Positions 31,301 to 37,300 of a DNA stretch of 64,000 nucleotides are shown here, one piece after another. Below the pieces are notes generated by a model. It made no database searches. It had not been told where the DNA came from and saw nothing but the letters and a program-made list of their open reading frames with translations. Each line of letters opens with the position of its first letter. The stretch's first letter is position 1. This stretch comes from Endomicrobiales bacterium (GTDB taxonomy: Bacteria; Elusimicrobiota; Endomicrobiia; Endomicrobiales; JALOBY01): the NCBI GenBank assembly GCA_963796955.1, contig CAWCNJ010000005.1, positions 64,001-128,000 of the forward strand, written 5' to 3'. A program made the position numbers and the translations under genes.

Positions 31301-34300
31301 CGCACCAGCAACTCCAGGCTTTCGGCAGGAACCCGGCATTCCTTCAGCCAGTTGAACACAGGGTGAGCGACACCGCCAAGCAAGTTCTCAGCAACCGCCT
31401 GCGGCCACATACTTTCGACGGGCGACGACATCGTTCGCTCCTGCGACATGGCAATACCGGGGCGGTCATAATAATAACTCCACGCTCTTTCCACGATCTT
31501 GTTATCCATCAGGAAGCTCAGCAACCGAGCGGAAACAAGGCCGGTGTTTCCATGACGACCAGCCTGTTCCAGGCATTTTTGAACGACACCCGCCCTGCCG
31601 GCGTCATCCTCCAAAAGCAGCTTCTCGCCCAATTCAACCATGCCCGACTTGGTTAGTGTTTCCAGCGCCTGAAGGGAGGCGGCAATGTTTGTATCCGAGC
31701 TCTCTGCGTAAGACGAATATTCCAAATCTTTACCCAATGCCAGCTCACGCATTATATCGGCGCTCAATATCTCATTTGCATACCCGGCTTTTTTCAGCAT
31801 GGCTAGATACCATGCCGCATACCTGCGCGCAAAAGCATCTTTGGCGCCCAGCATCGTTTTCATGTCTTCAATAATATGCAACCGGGCGACATCATTTCCA
31901 TCGATCAGCTTCTTTTCAGCCAGCGTCAAGGCAAGCAATGAAGCATCTTCTTTCAGTTTGGGTTCTTTCAGGCATTCTTCCAGCATGGTTACGTATTTTT
32001 CGCGGTCAAACGGCGTCGGCAAAGACATATCTGAATCGATGAGGAAATTCAGCGCTTTTAGCTTTGCCTTCCTTTCATTGATACGGCTTTCATACTTAAG
32101 CAAATCATTGGCGACGAGCATATAATCGTATTGCTCTTTATTAAACACCGGCTCCGATGCAAGCAAACCATTGCGCTTTAGTAGAGACAGGCATCTGACA
32201 ATGGGCACTAATGTTTCATCTGTGTAACCACTGATCTCTAGCAGGCGGCGCGCCTTTGCCTCGAGCTGCAACGAACGTATCGCTTCGTGTCTTACACATC
32301 CCCGTTGAAGTAACTCTGCAAGCATCCCGTACCCATGGGCATATCTTGTTTCGATCAGGGATTGCGCCACCTCATCCGGCACATAAAACTCTTGCACTAT
32401 TCCCGCTGTCTTAAGGGCGTCTATCAGAGCCAGATAGTCGTCCTTGTAATAGTTCGTATGCTCTTTCGCCAGGTTTGCGATATGTTGCTGCGCGGCTTCA
32501 GCTATATGATAATCAGCAGGCAAATAGCCCATTCTTTTGAGAATCCCGAGAGAGGCGACAGCATCCCGCCGTTGTTGAGTAAGGTCTGTGTTCTCGGCAA
32601 CCTTGTCTTCCAACTCTTTGATGAGTGGTATTAACTGCGAAAACACATAGCCGCTGTCGTCAAGCACTTGCAGGGGCTGCGGGATAGGCGAGCGGGGTGT
32701 CGTCAGGTATTTGATGATGACGGCTTCAACCGCGGCAAGGGCAGGTTTTTCGGCAGGGATCCCATTTAAAACAGCGCTCGCTAGCGCGCTGGCGATGGTG
32801 GGAATAGCAGTTTCCAGGATAGGCACATCAAGCTTTGCAATGTTTTGAAGTGATTCAAACTCCACCTTGGTTAATGTTTTGTCAACCGGGATATTCGCCT
32901 GATATTTTGTATTGAATTCCTCCCATGACAATTGGGCCAGGATTTTTTGACAGTTATGCCACCACTCAAAACGCTCGTTCTCTGAAATGTCGCCTCTCGC
33001 CTTGTGGTTTTTGCCTATAAAGCAGTCGAGCGCCTTGTACTGCGGCGACCCTTTTTCGTTAAGCGCCAGATATTCCCCACCTTCGTGGCCGAAGCGGGCC
33101 AACATCACGCGCGTATCGCTGCCGCAGGAGGCGCAGTTCAGCGTTAAGACGCCATTATCCATTTCAGAGGTATCCAGCGCAGCAAGGCCCAGACCGTCGG
33201 GACTGACGATAACGGGATAGTCGTATTCCCTGAAGACAACTTTGGTTATCAAAGGCTTATTCGCCGCCTTGCGCAATGCGTTCACTTCAACAAGCAGGGA
33301 TCGGTCCATCTGCTCAGCGGTGTAACTTTTTTCAAATTTAATATGCGCAGGCTCCAGGATCGTTGGTGTCATCACCCTCTCGGCTATATTCACTGCGCTT
33401 TCCATCGTTTGGAACAGCCTCGCATCCTTTAGCGCATCGATCGCCCCTTCAATCACCTTGCGACTAATGCCTAGGAAACCGCGCAATCTCGACCGGGCTG
33501 ATTTGTTGCCAGGCTTTTGGTCAATAGATTCAGAACTGGGTTTTTCTGCGACTACGTTACCCGGCACATTTTTCAGTTGAACGGTCTCTTGTTTTCTGAT
33601 ATCGTCAGTACGGACATTGGAGCTGTTTATCGTTAATTTTGTCACATCTAACCGGTTGGCGAGGGTTTGCGCGGCGTTGTGTTTGGCAATGACTGCTTCG
33701 ATTTTCTGCAGTTGGGCTTCAGTTATGTCCTGCGTGCGTATGCGGCCGAGGGTTATATGAACGATCTTTGGTGCGACCATATTTTCCAGTTGCAACGCGC
33801 TGCGGATGCGGTTTATGCCCTGAACTACTTCAGGGCTCTGTTCCGGCGTTATCTCATAGATCACCGTGCCCGTTTCGGTCAGACGTAATTTGCCGGCGGC
33901 TTTGGCAGTAAAACCTGCGACATCCGCGCACGATCTCTGGGCCTGTTGTTGCACCGCTGTTACTTCAGTTTCGGTATAGGGCTTCTTGACAAACGTTTCC
34001 GTGGTACCGCCTAAAACCGATATGTGACAATTTTTTGCTTCGGGCACGAACAACGCATCGGTGCCCGTATCTTTCAGATCGGAAAGCACCGCCGAAAGAC
34101 CCTGCTCAAACGTAGTACCAAATGGCGCACCGATGCCTGCCCACAGCGTATATAGTTCCGGTCCGAACATAGTCTTAATAGCGTCAACCAAGCCTTTGGG
34201 ATCGATGCCGTGCTTCAACAGCCGCTCATCATTTTTAGCGGAAAGGCCGTTGTTCCCGGTTTGGACGGTCATTACATCGTCGTACGAATAGAGGCCGTCT

Positions 34301-37300
34301 ATAAATTTTATTGTGCGTTGAGGGGCTTTATCATGAGCGGCAATGAACTGGCGGAGCATTTTTTCAGAGCCGCGGTTCTTTGTCAGATCTTTTCCGGTGT
34401 CGTCAAGAACGGTTATCAGGCCTTTGTGTTTTGCGCTGTCTTTTGCAAAGCCAAGGTAGAACGGGAAATATTCTTTGCTGCTCACATCCCACAGGAACGT
34501 ATCAATGTTCGAGTCGCCAAAACCGAGTACGGCGCCATTGCCTTCCACACCTTTGAGCCATTCATCAACGGTGCCGGCCTTATCCATACGCGAGATCTTA
34601 TAGAACTGCTCGCCTGATCCGGCAAAGAACCCGTTTTCTTTGCTGAACCGCTGCGTGTTCAAAAGACCGCTATGCTCGACCTCCGCGCGAACCTCTTCCA
34701 TGCTGACAGGTGCATTATGCGTGCGAAGCACCAATTCGGAATCGAACAACCAGAACATTGCGTCTGTGCCGGTTTTTTCTGCAACTGCTCGATCGAATAT
34801 TTTTATTATGTCAGCAAAACGCCTGGTTTCATTCAGCTCTTTTATATACGTATCGAACATGTGTTCATCTTTCATATGGCGGCCGAACACCTTCATGAAA
34901 CCGATCGCCATGGCCCTGGCAATATCCGCCTGATCCGTTCCCGCTATGAGATTTTTATGCTCTTTTTTATAGTATATCTTCCCCGCGGCATCGAATGTTG
35001 CCGTCTCCATGCCGGTACCGGCTTTTATTTCAAGCTTTTGAAGTGCATCTATCCGCCCGCGTGCCCTCAGCAGCTTTTCGATATCGGGAAGTATCCTGGT
35101 ACTTAATGAATCAGTGAAATCCATGGCAACCACGGCGTCTTTTACATCTCCGTTGTATGTCTGAACCTCAAGGCGCGGCTGAAATGGGCTGCCCGTTATC
35201 AAAAGCACCGGTATTCCCTTCTCAAGAGCAGCGCAGATCATTTCAGCGTTCGCTACGGAAAGAGGAGATTCGCCATCAGGCGTCAATGTGCTGTCAACAT
35301 CAGAAACAATAGCCCTAACATGAACCGTCTTATCCGGATCAAGGCCCTCCGGTATCTGCTGCAGATATCTTTCCCTATCGGCGGTCTTGGCAGCAGTTGT
35401 CAATAGTTGAGGTCTGGCCCCGCTCCCGTCTATTTCCAAAAGGTTTCTGCTTGCACTTGTTTTTTCTCGTACTAGACAGGTTTTTGCAGATTTTATTTGT
35501 GCGATTCTTTCTTGAACTCTCCAATAAAAATTACTGTAGTCAATAGTGGAAAGTTGCGTGGTGACTTCCATCTGGCTTATCGGCAAATTAGTATCACTAT
35601 TATTAAAATCTTTCACAAACAATATTCTTGAGGCAACCCTAATTCCGTCAACTAAAAGAATATAAGGGATATATTTAATAGTACTATCATCTAGTTTAAA
35701 ATGAGTTTTTTCACCCGCTATCTGGTAATTTGCGACAAAGTCAATTAATGTATCGTAGTTATCCTTTGTATCAAGAGGTACTATGCCTTTAATGAAATCA
35801 ACAGCTGGCGAATCAAAAGCGGCTACTTCCCAATCAATAATTAGAATAGGTGTGTCGCCTTCGTACATTAAGTGACTATTACCTAAATCGCAATGCACCC
35901 ATTGTTTATATAAATTCTCATAGGTTTCCTTAGGGAAAATCACCTCTATCTTCTTAAGTACATCTATAAAAGGCGAAATAGCAGCGAGTGTCCTTTTATG
36001 AGCGTCACTTCTTTGATTTTCACTTATTTTCTCAAGATCTTCTTTTAATTTTTCAAATGCCTTAATCTGTTGTGTGAAATCGCGATAAGCATTATATCGA
36101 CGCGTTATTTTGCCGTTAAATTTAAATGACGAAAGGGCAAAGTGCATCTGATTCATCATAACTGCTGTCGGTTTCAATTTTCTTCCCACCGAATCGCCGT
36201 GAGCAGCGAAGTCACCTTCGAAATAATCATAAATCATAAATGATTTTATACCAATTTTTGTAACAGCCTTGCCTTTCCTGTTTACATAAAGTTTAGGTAC
36301 TCTCCAAGAAAAACCATTCTCTTCGCATATTTTGTTAATATGTGTGCTTAATAACATCTCCAAATTTGCCAGTTCTTCGGTATCACCTGCATACTTAAGA
36401 TTATGCTTTAGAAAATATTTGCCTGTAGATGTGGTTAGACAATATGTTTTGTTTGAATATCCTCTTATGAAAGAATAACTTACAAAACTTCCTAGATTAT
36501 ATTGTTCAACCGCATTTTTAATATCTTCCCCTTCCTGATTTTTTATAGATGGGACTTCGGTGCCAGACTTGGATGAATTTGCATATTCACCGGGTTCTTC
36601 AGCCGCAGTAACGCCAGTGTCAGACTTGACTAAATTGACTAACTCGGGGAGCTGGCAAATAGCATAGATCAGCGGGTTGTGGGCGGCGAGTTCAGCAAGC
36701 CTTTCTTGTTGCTCGGCGTGGCCTGTTATTATTTGCTGGAAGGTATCGGCCAGCTGGTTCAAGTCTTCGGGGGTTAGGTTCTCGTACTTGTTAATGGCTT
36801 CCTGAACCACGGGGTTGGAGGCTATTTTCCAGATAATACCGTTGCCGGTAAGAAAGGCGGTTTTGCCGGCCTGGGTGGCGAAGGCTTTCATCAGGCGGTA
36901 CATGGGCTCTACAATGGTCAGGGGGTTGGCCAGGTCCCTGCACAGTTCGGCGAGGGCTTGGGCGGCGTTTACCGCTTCTTCGAAAGCCTCTTTGCTGAGA
37001 GCTCCGGCGTTATCGGTACCGGCGGTGAGTTTGAATTTGTTTTGGGCATTACGGTTAAGGGTTATTTCTTTGCCGTTGAGCTCAACAACTATTTTGTCTT
37101 TTGTTGCCGAGATTACTTTTGCATCCGTCGAGCCCAGGGTCAACGCAAGGGATTGCGCGGCAAAGAGTTTGGCCTGCTGTTTGGCAAGCTCGGCGTAAAT
37201 GGTGCCGGCAACTGCATTATCTTTTGTTATGTTAGGGGTGACCGTAAGATAAGAAACATTACGTTCGCGAAGGATTTTTCGTAAACCTTCACTGTGAAAG

